Assembly: GCA_016706365.1 (NCBI GenBank)
Contig: JADJJU010000011.1
Span: 77,654 to 141,653, forward strand
Reading direction: 5' to 3'
DNA from: Saprospiraceae bacterium
Lineage (GTDB): Bacteria; Bacteroidota; Bacteroidia; Chitinophagales; Saprospiraceae
Length of the DNA stretch: 64,000 bases
The translations under genes and the position numbers were made by a program. This document shows positions 38,039-48,380 of the stretch, piece after piece (the stretch's first letter is position 1; every line of letters starts with the position of its first letter). The notes beneath the pieces were generated by a model. It was given only the letters and a program-made list of their open reading frames with translations, had not been told where the DNA came from and ran no database searches.

Positions 38039-39070
38039 ATGACTATAGATAATGTGAGTGTTCCTGGAAGTACTACATATTGTCCCGCACCCGAGATTTC
38101 TATTACTCCCACTAATGTTACCTGCGCTGGTGGTAATAATGGAAGTATTCTGGTAACTGCAACTGGTGGTCTACAACCATATAATGTGAGCTGGAGCGGG
38201 GCGAGCAGTGGAAATCCGGGAGGAACGGAAATTGTTAGCTCAGGCGGAATGTACAATATCACGAATCTTGTGACAGGCATGTACAATGTCACTGTTACTG
38301 ATGCAAATTCACTAACTGCCGTCGCCAATACCACACTTATTGCTCTGAATCCTGCAGAAAATGCAGCCTTTGCTTATCCCCTATCCGGTTATTGCCGTGC
38401 AGGATCTGACCCTCTTCCTCAAATATATGGTAATACAGGAGGTACATTTACTGCACCAGTGCAAGTCAGTATAAACCCGGTAAATGGTCTTATTGATGTA
38501 TCAGCAAGCACAGCAGGAGGGCCATATAATATTACATATACTACTAATGGACCATGTCCTGCAATGATGACTTTTGCTGTAACAATCGTGAATTGTCAAC
38601 CCGGAGCAAGCTTGAGCGATAATATTATTATTGACAATGGAGCTCTTGCTAAAGCCGATCCGGGAGATCGGATCCGGCTTGCCGCCACCATCAGCAATAC
38701 TCAAACCGCCAATTATGAAGGGATGCAAATTACGCTCAATAATGATCCTCGTGTAACTTTTGTGAATAATTCATTCAAAACAACACCAGTTGCTGTTGAT
38801 GATGCCTACAATAGCGTTCAAAATACTCTTCTGACGATTTTAGTAGCTAATGGGCTTATTACCAATGACTTCGATGAAAACAAACCAGGATTAAGTGTAA
38901 CTTCCTTCAATTCAATGAGCGTCGCAGGGGGAACAGTAGTAGTAAATCCAAATGGCAGTTTTACTTATAACCCGCCAAATGGTTTTACAGGTAATGATAG
39001 CTTTAATTATACTATCACTGACTCAGATTTACAAACAAATTCAGCTACAGTAAAAATCAGAGTACAATGA
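38039..39070 (+). CDS. continuation of the SprB-repeat protein (frame open from 37943)
   Basis: DQNGSTTITRTGLTGTTLQIQVCGQFNADAETMTIDNVSVPG completes the duplicated domain; another SprB repeat; cadherin/VCBS-like VAVDDAY...NDSFNYTITD; the stop overlaps the next ATG (ATGA). Confidence 0.8.
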   Translation: MTIDNVSVPGSTTYCPAPEISITPTNVTCAGGNNGSILVTATGGLQPYNVSWSGASSGNPGGTEIVSSGGMYNITNLVTGMYNVTVTDANSLTAVANTTLIALNPAENAAFAYPLSGYCRAGSDPLPQIYGNTGGTFTAPVQVSINPVNGLIDVSASTAGGPYNITYTTNGPCPAMMTFAVTIVNCQPGASLSDNIIIDNGALAKADPGDRIRLAATISNTQTANYEGMQITLNNDPRVTFVNNSFKTTPVAVDDAYNSVQNTLLTILVANGLITNDFDENKPGLSVTSFNSMSVAGGTVVVNPNGSFTYNPPNGFTGNDSFNYTITDSDLQTNSATVKIRVQ

Positions 39071-42000
39071 AAAATCAACATAAAAATCCAAAGTGCAAAA
39101 GTATCAAGAATGCAATTTTAAAAACCAAGCTCCTGAATTGGATTAAAAATATAAATTTCATGCTTCCATTAAAACCTTACCTATTTGATTATAAGAGCTC
39201 ATCTAAAATGGGTATTTCAATCTTATTGTTGTGTCTAATTTGGACTGACATTCAGGCCCAAACCTATCCAGTACCGGGATTTACACTTCCTGCAGGTAAA
39301 ACCATTGTCATTACCTATGAAGTAGATGTCAATGCCAACTCATGCCCTACTGGTACTTTACCCACCCAAAATATAAGTAATCAAAGCAACGTGTCAGGTT
39401 CTAATTTTGCTACAGTACAGACGGATGATCCGGATATGGCTGGTGCATCTAATCCAACACTTACTCCCTTTAGCTCATTGAGTTTAGGAAATCTTGTCTA
39501 TCAGGACAATAATCGCAACAGTGTATTTGATGCTGGTGATGCAGGAATAAATGGTGTTTTATTAAATCTGTATTTGGACAATGGTGATGGTATACTTTCA
39601 ATATTGGATGGTGCTCCTTTAACCAACAGCACAACAGCCGGAGGTGGCTTATATTCCTTTTCTGTCTGTCCGGGTATTTATATTGTAGAGGTGGCTGCTT
39701 CCAATTTTCTCCCCGGTGGTACCTTGTATGATAATGGCCTGATGGCGGCATTAGTCAGCAGTCCCCTTACTTCTCCAGCCGACCCGGATTTTAGTGATAC
39801 CGATAACGACGACAACGGTAATCCAGTTACCGGTTTTGGCGTAGCCTCGGCAACCTTTTCGATGGCCTATGGCACGGAGCCTGACGGCGTCGATATGAAT
39901 ACCAATAATCGCGTCGATTTTGGTTTCAAAACTCCCACCACCGTTACGATCAATGATGTGACCATGCAGGAGAATACTGGGGGCGGTACTACCAACTTTA
40001 ACTTTACGATTACACGGAACGATAATTCGGAAGCATTCAACCTTACGGTTAATTCAGCCGACGGCACGGCTGTCAGCCCCTCGGATTTTACTGCTATTTC
40101 AGGCGCAACTCTTTCGTTCTTTGGAGGGGGCTCTTTCACACAAAACTTAACTGTGCTGGTGAATCAGGATAACATCGTGGAAGCCAATGAAACGTTTACG
40201 ATATTGTTGAGTGGCGCACCGGCAAGTGTGCTTATCACTGATGGCTCAGGACTCGGCACAATCACGAACGATGATGCCTCTGTAGTAACACTTACAGGTA
40301 CACAATCACTTAACGAAGGGGCCGGTGGTGCAACGACAGATTTTACATTTCAGGCTTCTTTGAACAATCCGGTTCAGGGTGGTTTTACGATTGCCTACAA
40401 CACTAATGACGGTTCGGCACAAATAATTGATTCTGACTATTCTGATAATGATAATTCTATCATTTTTACCGGTACAGCAGGTGAAAGTCATGATATAACA
40501 GTTGTCGTCAATGATGATAATAAAGTTGAAATTAATGAGACATTTACAGTGTCACTGGGTGCCATATCAGGCGCTCCTGCAGGAGTAAGCAGCGCGGGCT
40601 CTCCTCAGACAGGAACGATTTTGAATGATGATAGTGCAGTAGTCACTTTATCCGTTGGGGGAGCTGGAAATATGCTGAATGAAGGAAATGCCGGACCAAC
40701 GAATTTTGTCTATAATGTTACCTTAAATAATCCTGTCCAGGGTGGATTTACTATTGCATATTCCAGCGATGATGGAACTGCCACTTTAGCAGATAACGAT
40801 TACATTAATAATGATGCCTCTTTAATTTTTGCCGGAACTGCCGGAGAAATACAAAATATTACCATTCAGGCTAATGGCGATTTGAAAGTGGAGGCAAATG
40901 AGACGTTCACAGTAAATTTGGGTGCTATAACGCTTGCCCCTGCCGGTGTAACTTCAGCAGGCTCTCCTCAATCGGGAACTATTCTAAATGATGATTCTGC
41001 TACTGTTACTTTAACTGGGGGAGGTGCTGCAAATGAAGGAAATACAGGTACGACTCCAAGGGTGTTTACAGCAACTTTGAATAATCCTGTTCAGGGTGGT
41101 TTCTCAATTTCTTATGCAACAACAGATGGAACAGCCACCACAGCTGATAGTGACTATGCAGATAATGACGGTCCGGATCTGGTTTTTGCCGGGACTGCTA
41201 ATGAAACTGAATTGATTACAGTGCTGGTCAATGGCGATTTGAAAGTAGAAGCAAATGAAACTTTTACAGTAACGCTTGGAACAATTTCAGGAGCCCCGGC
41301 TGGTGTGACAGTGGGTGGAACAGCTCAAACAGGAACGATTTCAAATGATGAAATTGACTTCGGAGATGCCCCGGATCCTGCTTATCCAACATTACTCGCA
41401 TCTAATGGTGCAAGACATAACACTATTTTAGGATTTCATTTAGGGGCAACAATTGATGGAGACCTGGATGCACAACAAAGTGCAATGGCTAACGGCGATG
41501 GAGCAGATGAAGATGGAGTGACACTTCCAGCTGTCATGGTTACAGGAACAACTGCTGATATTGTAGTGAATGCAACGTCAATTGGACTTCTTAATGCATG
41601 GGTTGATTTCAATGACAATGGATCATGGGCTGATCCCGGAGAGCAGATATTTACAAATACACCTTTGGTTGCAGGCAATAATAATCTTTCATTTGCTGTT
41701 CCTCCGGGTGCAGTTGTAGGTACTTCATTTGCAAGATTTAGACTGTCAAGTGCTTCAGGTTTATCTTTCACAGGCGCAGCTGCAGATGGTGAAGTAGAAG
41801 ATTATCAGGTAAATATTCTTAATAACCAGTTCTCAATTGACAATCCAATAGTTACAGAAGGAGATGCCGGAACAACCACAATGACTTTTACCGTAAGCAG
41901 AACCACAAACGCCAATGATTCTTCCGTTGATTTTGACATCACAGGGGGAACAGCCACTTCTGGAACAGATTATACAAGCATACCAGGTGCAACTATTAAT

Positions 42001-45000
42001 TTTCTGACCGGAGGCTCACTTACTGAAACCATAGAGATTACTGTCAATGGAGATATAGTTGTTGAGGATAATGAGACGATTATTATCACTTTGAGCAATC
42101 CTGTAAATGGTGGTCTTGGCACAAATCCCGGAACTGGTACCATCAACAACGATGATTCTGCAACAATAACTCTAAGTGGTGGTGACTCCCAAAATGAAGG
42201 TGCTAGTTTCACAATGACAGCCACTTTGAGTGCGCCGGTGCAGGGTGGGTTTACTGTCGCATATGCAAGCAATGATGGAACTGCAACAACAGCAAATAAT
42301 GATTATGCCAATAATGACGGTAGCCTTGTTTTTGCCGGAAATACAAATGAAACTCAAACATTTATAATTGCAAGCAATGTTGATAACACCGTTGAATTGG
42401 ATGAAACATTTACGGCAACTCTCGGTGCAATTAGTGGTACTTCTGCTGTTCAAATAGCAGCGATATCTATTGCAGGTTCTCCGCAAACTGATACTATCTT
42501 AAATAATGATGCTGCCGTAGTGAATTTGGTCGGTAATTACACGGAAGAGGAATCCTTTTCTCCACATAACTTCACTGTGTCTCTCAGTAACCCTGTGGAC
42601 GTTCCTGTAACTGTTTTGTTCTCTACAGCAGATAATACAGCATTTGCCTCTGATAATGACTATGTAGCTGTTTCTAATCAAACGGTAACATTCCCCGCTA
42701 ATACGACTACAGCACAGTTCGTACCGGTTACAATCGTTAATGACAATAAGGTTGAGACAGATGAAATTTACAATGTTTCAATTAATACGCTAAATGCAAG
42801 CAGCCGAAATGTGGTCATAGGTACGAGTACAGCCATTGGTACAATTGAGAATGAAGACCAATCTGTGGTAACCTTAAGTGGAGGTGTAACATGGACTGAA
42901 GGCAATTCGGGAACAATTGCCTACGTATTTACAGCAACATTATTAAACCCTGTTCAGGGTGGACTTACTGTGAATTATACTACTAATGATGGTACTGCTA
43001 TGCTTTCAGACAACGATTATGTCAATAACGATGGTTCAATTGGTTTTGCAGGGACCATGGGTGAATCGCATAATATTACTGTATTAGTAAATGGAGATCT
43101 CAATATTGAATTTGTTGAAAACTTTAATGTTGCCATTAATAGTTTGAGTAGTGTGATAAATCCTCCTGCTGTTTTTATAGCCGGATCACCTCAGACGGGA
43201 ACGATCCTGAATGATGAGCAGGATTGGGGAGATGCACCGGACACATATAGCACAATTTCTGCTCCAAGTAATGGAGCAAGGCATGGCACAGAACCCGGAG
43301 CTTTGCGTTTGGGTGCAACCATCGATGCAGATTTGGATGGTCAGCCAAATGCCACAGCCACAGGCGACGGTGCAGACGAAGATGGGGTCACTTTGCCTTC
43401 GGCAATAGTAATTAATACTACCGCAAATATTACAGTCAATGCTTCAGGTGCAGGTCTTATTAATGCCTGGGTAGATTACAATTTAAATGGGAATTGGACC
43501 GATCCCGGAGAACAAATATTTACAAATCAAGCAGTTGTCGCCGGGAATAATGCATTAAGTTTCCCTGTACCGGGTGGTGCTACTTTAGGTAATTCATTTG
43601 CAAGATTCAGACTTTCAACTGCTTCCGGTCTCTCATTCACCGGCTATACTCCGAATGGTGAGGTTGAAGATTATGCAATTGAAATAGTAAACACTCAATT
43701 TTCCATCAGTGACCCTATGGTCACAGAAGGAAATGCCGGAACAGTTAATTTGGTGTATGAAGTGAGCAGAAATGTGAATGTAAATGATTGTTCAGTAAAC
43801 TTCATAGTTTCAGGAGGAACTGCTTCTCAGGGTGATTTTGATTTCCAGAATCTACCATCAGATATCTTAAATTTCAGTGCAGGTGGAGCATTTTCTCAAA
43901 CTATTACTATAGTTGTAAATGGTGATAATAAGGTGGAATTGGATGAAACTGTAGAAATCGCCTTATATAATCCTGTGGATGCAGGAATCCTTGATGGTCT
44001 GGGAGTTGGAACAATCGTAAATGATGATGCAGCGACTGTCACAATCACTAATCCTTCAATAATTGAAGGAGACGCAGGAACTTCCAATCTTGTGTTTACT
44101 GTAATGCTCAATAATCCTGTTGACGCTGCTGTCGACATAGATGCTGCAACTTTGGATGGACTGGCTACCCTTGCAAATTTAGACTATGTCGACTTCGACG
44201 AAACCATAACGATATTAGCCAATACACTTTCACAAACTGCAACAGTACTGATTAATGGAGATTGTACAATTGAACCAAATGAAAACTTCTCACTTGAACT
44301 TAGTAATATTGCTGCAAGCGGAAGAAATGTTATTTTCAGTGGAGGTGGTGCTTCACTTCAGGGAACAGGTACTATTCTGAATGATGATGTTTTACCAGTA
44401 ATCTCATGTCTGGCTGAAGATAGTTACAATACCAATTTAGGTACATGTGACGCCACAATTATGCTTGATTTGCCGACAGTTGTAACTTCCTGTGGTACAT
44501 TAATTTTAGAATTTCGATATCGTTCTATCGATGATTTGAATGTTCCGACAGGGCCATTTACTGCTTATATACCTTCTTCAGGGAACACCATCACTATTGC
44601 GAAAAACAGGTATGAAATACAATGGCGGATTACAGATGGATCAGGTTCTACTAACTGCAGTCAATATATTGAGATATTTGATTTGGAGAATCCAAGTATT
44701 ATTTGTCCGGGTTCGCAAACATTAAATTTAGATGGTGATTGTGAGGCCATTTTACCAAATTATACAAGTTTGGCCACAAACGATGATAATTGTGGCGGAA
44801 ATGTAGTTGTTCAATTAGCTGCGCCGGGAACCACAGTTTCGCAAACAGGTACTGAATTAATTACTTTGACTGTCACAGATGAAAATGGAAATTCGAATTC
44901 CTGCACTTTCAATGTCTCTAAAATCGATGCCATTCCACCTGTGGTGGTTTGTCAAAATGATACTGTGAATTTCAATGGAGAAACTACTCTTATTCTTACA

Positions 45001-46026
45001 CCTTCTGATTTTGTAACTGCTACAGATAATTGCGGAATTGACACAATTGCTGCTTCACCTTCAACTGTCAATATCAGTCAACTTGGTCAAACTATACCTG
45101 TTACATTGACTGTTACAGATTTAAGTGGAAACTCTTCAAGCTGTGTAAGCCAGGTGACCATCGGAGGCTTACCTCCGGGTTGGAGTCAGAATGAGAATGG
45201 TGTGAATTGTGAGGATGGAAACAATGTGGAATACCAACCTTCCACCCAAATTTGGACGATGAGCAGTACCGGATGTTTTTACGGACCTCCATTCACAAGT
45301 GATGAATTAGCATATGCACAATATACACTTTGTGGAAATGGACAGATCGTTGCTCAGGTGACTGGTATTTCCGGCAGTGGACTCGGATGGGCTGGAGTAT
45401 CAATGAGAGAAAGCACAGCTGCCGGTTCTAAAAAAGTACAGCTGACAACTAATCTCAGTAATTTTTCTAAACGAGAGGTGAGATCTGTGACAGGAGGGGC
45501 TTCTATTCCTCAGCAATTTAATTCCCTAAATCGATACTGGTTGAAAATTGTGCGCACAGGTAATCAATTCGTGGGATATACATCACCAAATGGAGTTACC
45601 TGGTATAATGTAATGGCAGTAACTGTGCCTATGAATTCATGCATCCAGCTCGGTTTAGTACTTACAAACTACAATACAAGTGGAACTGTAAATGCCACTT
45701 TTGCCAATGTAAGTACTGTAGGCAGTTCAGTTCCTTTGGCTGATATTCCATCAAATCTTGTCCAGGTTCCTGATTACGAATATTCTGTATATCCTAATCC
45801 AAGTAATGGAAAAATTCTGGTGGATTTAGGCGATTATGTGAACAAGGAGGTTCGACTTGAATTGGTAGATACTTATGGAAGAATTGTGTTTGTGAAAAAT
45901 TTGGATGTTGCAGTTGGAACTGAAAACATAGATCTGAATTCATTTACGAATGGAATTTACTTCCTGAAAGCAAGATCTCCCGGAATACCGGACAATATAA
46001 AGAAGGTCATTTTGTTAAAAAATTAG
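39067..46026 (+). CDS. giant T9SS-secreted adhesin (SdrD-B-like, ~10 Calx-beta, 2 GEVED, HYR/Ig-like, LamG-like and T9SS CTD domains)
   Basis: 2319-aa ORF; likely true start ATG 39208 (signal peptide MGISILLLCLIWTDIQAQ); recurring (E/D)xNETFT Calx-beta ends; DFGDAPD...GEVEDY twice (about 41350-41810 and 43215-43680); CTD YPNPSNGKILVDL...GIYFLKA. Confidence 0.9.
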   Translation: MKNQHKNPKCKSIKNAILKTKLLNWIKNINFMLPLKPYLFDYKSSSKMGISILLLCLIWTDIQAQTYPVPGFTLPAGKTIVITYEVDVNANSCPTGTLPTQNISNQSNVSGSNFATVQTDDPDMAGASNPTLTPFSSLSLGNLVYQDNNRNSVFDAGDAGINGVLLNLYLDNGDGILSILDGAPLTNSTTAGGGLYSFSVCPGIYIVEVAASNFLPGGTLYDNGLMAALVSSPLTSPADPDFSDTDNDDNGNPVTGFGVASATFSMAYGTEPDGVDMNTNNRVDFGFKTPTTVTINDVTMQENTGGGTTNFNFTITRNDNSEAFNLTVNSADGTAVSPSDFTAISGATLSFFGGGSFTQNLTVLVNQDNIVEANETFTILLSGAPASVLITDGSGLGTITNDDASVVTLTGTQSLNEGAGGATTDFTFQASLNNPVQGGFTIAYNTNDGSAQIIDSDYSDNDNSIIFTGTAGESHDITVVVNDDNKVEINETFTVSLGAISGAPAGVSSAGSPQTGTILNDDSAVVTLSVGGAGNMLNEGNAGPTNFVYNVTLNNPVQGGFTIAYSSDDGTATLADNDYINNDASLIFAGTAGEIQNITIQANGDLKVEANETFTVNLGAITLAPAGVTSAGSPQSGTILNDDSATVTLTGGGAANEGNTGTTPRVFTATLNNPVQGGFSISYATTDGTATTADSDYADNDGPDLVFAGTANETELITVLVNGDLKVEANETFTVTLGTISGAPAGVTVGGTAQTGTISNDEIDFGDAPDPAYPTLLASNGARHNTILGFHLGATIDGDLDAQQSAMANGDGADEDGVTLPAVMVTGTTADIVVNATSIGLLNAWVDFNDNGSWADPGEQIFTNTPLVAGNNNLSFAVPPGAVVGTSFARFRLSSASGLSFTGAAADGEVEDYQVNILNNQFSIDNPIVTEGDAGTTTMTFTVSRTTNANDSSVDFDITGGTATSGTDYTSIPGATINFLTGGSLTETIEITVNGDIVVEDNETIIITLSNPVNGGLGTNPGTGTINNDDSATITLSGGDSQNEGASFTMTATLSAPVQGGFTVAYASNDGTATTANNDYANNDGSLVFAGNTNETQTFIIASNVDNTVELDETFTATLGAISGTSAVQIAAISIAGSPQTDTILNNDAAVVNLVGNYTEEESFSPHNFTVSLSNPVDVPVTVLFSTADNTAFASDNDYVAVSNQTVTFPANTTTAQFVPVTIVNDNKVETDEIYNVSINTLNASSRNVVIGTSTAIGTIENEDQSVVTLSGGVTWTEGNSGTIAYVFTATLLNPVQGGLTVNYTTNDGTAMLSDNDYVNNDGSIGFAGTMGESHNITVLVNGDLNIEFVENFNVAINSLSSVINPPAVFIAGSPQTGTILNDEQDWGDAPDTYSTISAPSNGARHGTEPGALRLGATIDADLDGQPNATATGDGADEDGVTLPSAIVINTTANITVNASGAGLINAWVDYNLNGNWTDPGEQIFTNQAVVAGNNALSFPVPGGATLGNSFARFRLSTASGLSFTGYTPNGEVEDYAIEIVNTQFSISDPMVTEGNAGTVNLVYEVSRNVNVNDCSVNFIVSGGTASQGDFDFQNLPSDILNFSAGGAFSQTITIVVNGDNKVELDETVEIALYNPVDAGILDGLGVGTIVNDDAATVTITNPSIIEGDAGTSNLVFTVMLNNPVDAAVDIDAATLDGLATLANLDYVDFDETITILANTLSQTATVLINGDCTIEPNENFSLELSNIAASGRNVIFSGGGASLQGTGTILNDDVLPVISCLAEDSYNTNLGTCDATIMLDLPTVVTSCGTLILEFRYRSIDDLNVPTGPFTAYIPSSGNTITIAKNRYEIQWRITDGSGSTNCSQYIEIFDLENPSIICPGSQTLNLDGDCEAILPNYTSLATNDDNCGGNVVVQLAAPGTTVSQTGTELITLTVTDENGNSNSCTFNVSKIDAIPPVVVCQNDTVNFNGETTLILTPSDFVTATDNCGIDTIAASPSTVNISQLGQTIPVTLTVTDLSGNSSSCVSQVTIGGLPPGWSQNENGVNCEDGNNVEYQPSTQIWTMSSTGCFYGPPFTSDELAYAQYTLCGNGQIVAQVTGISGSGLGWAGVSMRESTAAGSKKVQLTTNLSNFSKREVRSVTGGASIPQQFNSLNRYWLKIVRTGNQFVGYTSPNGVTWYNVMAVTVPMNSCIQLGLVLTNYNTSGTVNATFANVSTVGSSVPLADIPSNLVQVPDYEYSVYPNPSNGKILVDLGDYVNKEVRLELVDTYGRIVFVKNLDVAVGTENIDLNSFTNGIYFLKARSPGIPDNIKKVILLKN

Positions 46027-46043
46027 ACAAGCTTTAGCCATAT

Positions 46044-46078
46044 AAAATAGCCCGGAACTACTTGTCCGGGCTATTTTT
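46044..46078. terminator. strong bidirectional-looking intrinsic terminator
   Basis: AAAATAGCCCGGA(46044-46056)-actacttg-TCCGGGCTATTTT(46065-46077), a 13-bp perfect stem with A and T tracts. Confidence 0.8.
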
Positions 46079-46158
46079 ATTTATAGTAAAAGTTAATTAA
46101 ATGCAATTCAATGTTGTGCTGGCAATTTGGTCCTGCAAATTGATTCCAACCTTTTGTT

Positions 46159-46409
46159 GAACACCTACGGAGTTCTTCATTAGATACACACTTACCCTGG
46201 GCTGCTCTTCGTTTGTCCGGGGTTATCCATGTTTAATGCCTTCCGGCATTCTATCAACTAGCTTGTCTTTTATCTTCCATCTGTCCAATAATCAAACTTG
46301 CGTCACATCTGTTTAAAAACTCCGCAAGGAGTTTAATTTGGATAACCCCGGGCAAGTAAAACGCAGCCCGGGGTGAGCAGACTCCCCGCTTCGAACACCG
46401 TAGGTGTTC
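46159..46409. repeat. inverted pair of the three-hairpin ~90-nt element (46159-46250 and 46317-46409, 66-nt spacer)
   Basis: GAACACC-tac-GGAGTTC, CCCTGGGC..GTCCGGGG and AATGCC-ttcc-GGCATT, mirrored by AAACTCC-gcaa-GGAGTTT, CCCCGGGC..GCCCGGGG and GAACACC-gta-GGTGTTC. Confidence 0.85.
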
Positions 46410-46592
46410 AATATCTTATAAACCCTGCAAGTCACCCGAACAAATGCAAGCCCCGGGTAGGTGATACCACAGAATCGTTTTGGACAATAAAGCGTTGAGG
46501 ACCTGAAAGAATCTAAAATTAACTTGTCCCCAATCCCAAAGCTTTGGGGAAGGATTACAAAACGAAAACTTTCTACTCCTTTCGAACTCATG

Positions 46593-48380
46593 CTATTTCA
46601 TAACTACAATTTGCTTTACAATTTGCTGACCCGGAATACTCAGACTGAGAATATAGGTCCCTCCTGCCAGGGATAATTCATGCGCATCAATAGTTAATTT
46701 AAATTCAGTTGAGACCTTTTCAAAGGTCCTTTTTAATCTGGATTTTCCTGCCAAATCGCTCAGTTCAATATGAAGCGTATCAGGGGATTGCTTGAATTCG
46801 GCATGTATGAATATCTTTTCAGATGCAGGATTAGGAGAAACTGTAAATGAAAACAAATCATTCTGGATCGCAATTGAGGAACTACCGGGCTCATAGATTT
46901 CTAAAGTCTTATTTAGCTCTGCATTAGACAATTCCTGCACTACTCCGGAAGGCCAATAAATTGTTAAGTTATCAACTATTTCGGTATCTGCCATTCCAAA
47001 ATGAACAGTCAAACTATTTTGACCCGCGTATCCGGTTTGAGAACTTATGATTCGGGTTTGATTGACCAATTCACCATTGATCTGGGCGGAGGCTACTATT
47101 CTTACTCCTATCCCATCCGCATTGGATTGCACACCCTTTAAGTTTAATTTCAACCAATTATTTTCATTTCCTTCATTTCTATAAATAAGGTTGTTGGGCA
47201 ACGCTGATGCCGAAGTATTTTTACAGGTAGCAATTACTAAATCCTGAAAACCATTGTTGTCCAAATCACTCCAGGCTACCCCAAAAGAGCAGGGTGTAGA
47301 AAGATCTGCAATACTTGAAGTATCTCTGGAAAAAATACCTTCACCATCATTCAGATACAAGAAATTCCTTAGCGATCCATTGCAATATCCATTAGTAATC
47401 ACAAGGTCCAGATCTCCATCATTATCATAATCAGCAAAGGCGGAGGAATATGAACAGCTAAGATCAGACTCTACAACACTTGAAGGATTTTCGAATGTTC
47501 CATCACCTTTATTTAAATAGATCAAATTATCCTGAGCAGTAAAAAAACCGGCATTCGTTGTGAGCAGATCCAGGTAACCATCATTGTTAATATCACCCCA
47601 GCTTGCACTCATCGTTGATCCTGTTTTTGCAAATAAATCCCCGGCCGCACTCACTTTACTATAAGTACCATCGCCATTATTTTTGAACAGGGTATTTCTG
47701 GTGTTATTTTCATTACAAATAAATAAATCAGAGTCGCCATCGTTGTCATAATCAATAAAGGACACTCCCCTGCTATGATCTGCATCTACCGTCAATGGAT
47801 GTTGTTGGAGCAAATTCAACTTGCCACTTCCATCATTTAAATAAACCTGATTTTTATTGTCGGCAGGACCATTTCCACTATTTGAAACATACAGATCAAG
47901 GAATCCATCATTGTTAATATCTGACAAAGCAACAGTTTCAGAATAAGTTCTCACCGGAGCATTTTGGCCTTTCCAAAAATCAGGAAATTCTGCCATATAA
48001 AATCCATTGAATTGATTATACCAAGTCGCCACAAAAATGGATCGCATCCCAGAATTCGAAATATCACCTATGCTTGCTCCTACAGAAGATTGGCCCAGAG
48101 ATTGAAATTTCAATGTATCTTCTTCGAAATTAAAATCACCTTTATTGAAATACAAAAAGTCCTTTGCCCCACTTGATGGACCATTTGAAATAAAAATCTC
48201 ATCCAGTCCATCTCCATCCATGTCCACGAGGTTAATGCTCCTGCTATCCGAAGGGGTATTGACGACCGGACCCGTAGTCCATTTACTAAATGTGGTTTGA
48301 GCAACTAATTTATTATCCGAAAAACTACTGCCAACAGAGAATACAATAAATGCTAAAATTAGAAATTGAAGTCTTTTCAT
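46593..48380 (-). CDS. CRTAC1-family FG-GAP/VCBS repeat protein with UnbV/ASPIC region and T9SS CTD
   Basis: 595 aa; repeated D-x-D/N-x-D-G-x-x-D (DMDGDGLDEIF, DYDNDGDSDLFI, DINNDGYLDLL...); NENNWLKLNLKG; CTD SPNPASEKIFI. Confidence 0.85.
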   Translation of the reverse strand: MKRLQFLILAFIVFSVGSSFSDNKLVAQTTFSKWTTGPVVNTPSDSRSINLVDMDGDGLDEIFISNGPSSGAKDFLYFNKGDFNFEEDTLKFQSLGQSSVGASIGDISNSGMRSIFVATWYNQFNGFYMAEFPDFWKGQNAPVRTYSETVALSDINNDGFLDLYVSNSGNGPADNKNQVYLNDGSGKLNLLQQHPLTVDADHSRGVSFIDYDNDGDSDLFICNENNTRNTLFKNNGDGTYSKVSAAGDLFAKTGSTMSASWGDINNDGYLDLLTTNAGFFTAQDNLIYLNKGDGTFENPSSVVESDLSCSYSSAFADYDNDGDLDLVITNGYCNGSLRNFLYLNDGEGIFSRDTSSIADLSTPCSFGVAWSDLDNNGFQDLVIATCKNTSASALPNNLIYRNEGNENNWLKLNLKGVQSNADGIGVRIVASAQINGELVNQTRIISSQTGYAGQNSLTVHFGMADTEIVDNLTIYWPSGVVQELSNAELNKTLEIYEPGSSSIAIQNDLFSFTVSPNPASEKIFIHAEFKQSPDTLHIELSDLAGKSRLKRTFEKVSTEFKLTIDAHELSLAGGTYILSLSIPGQQIVKQIVVMK

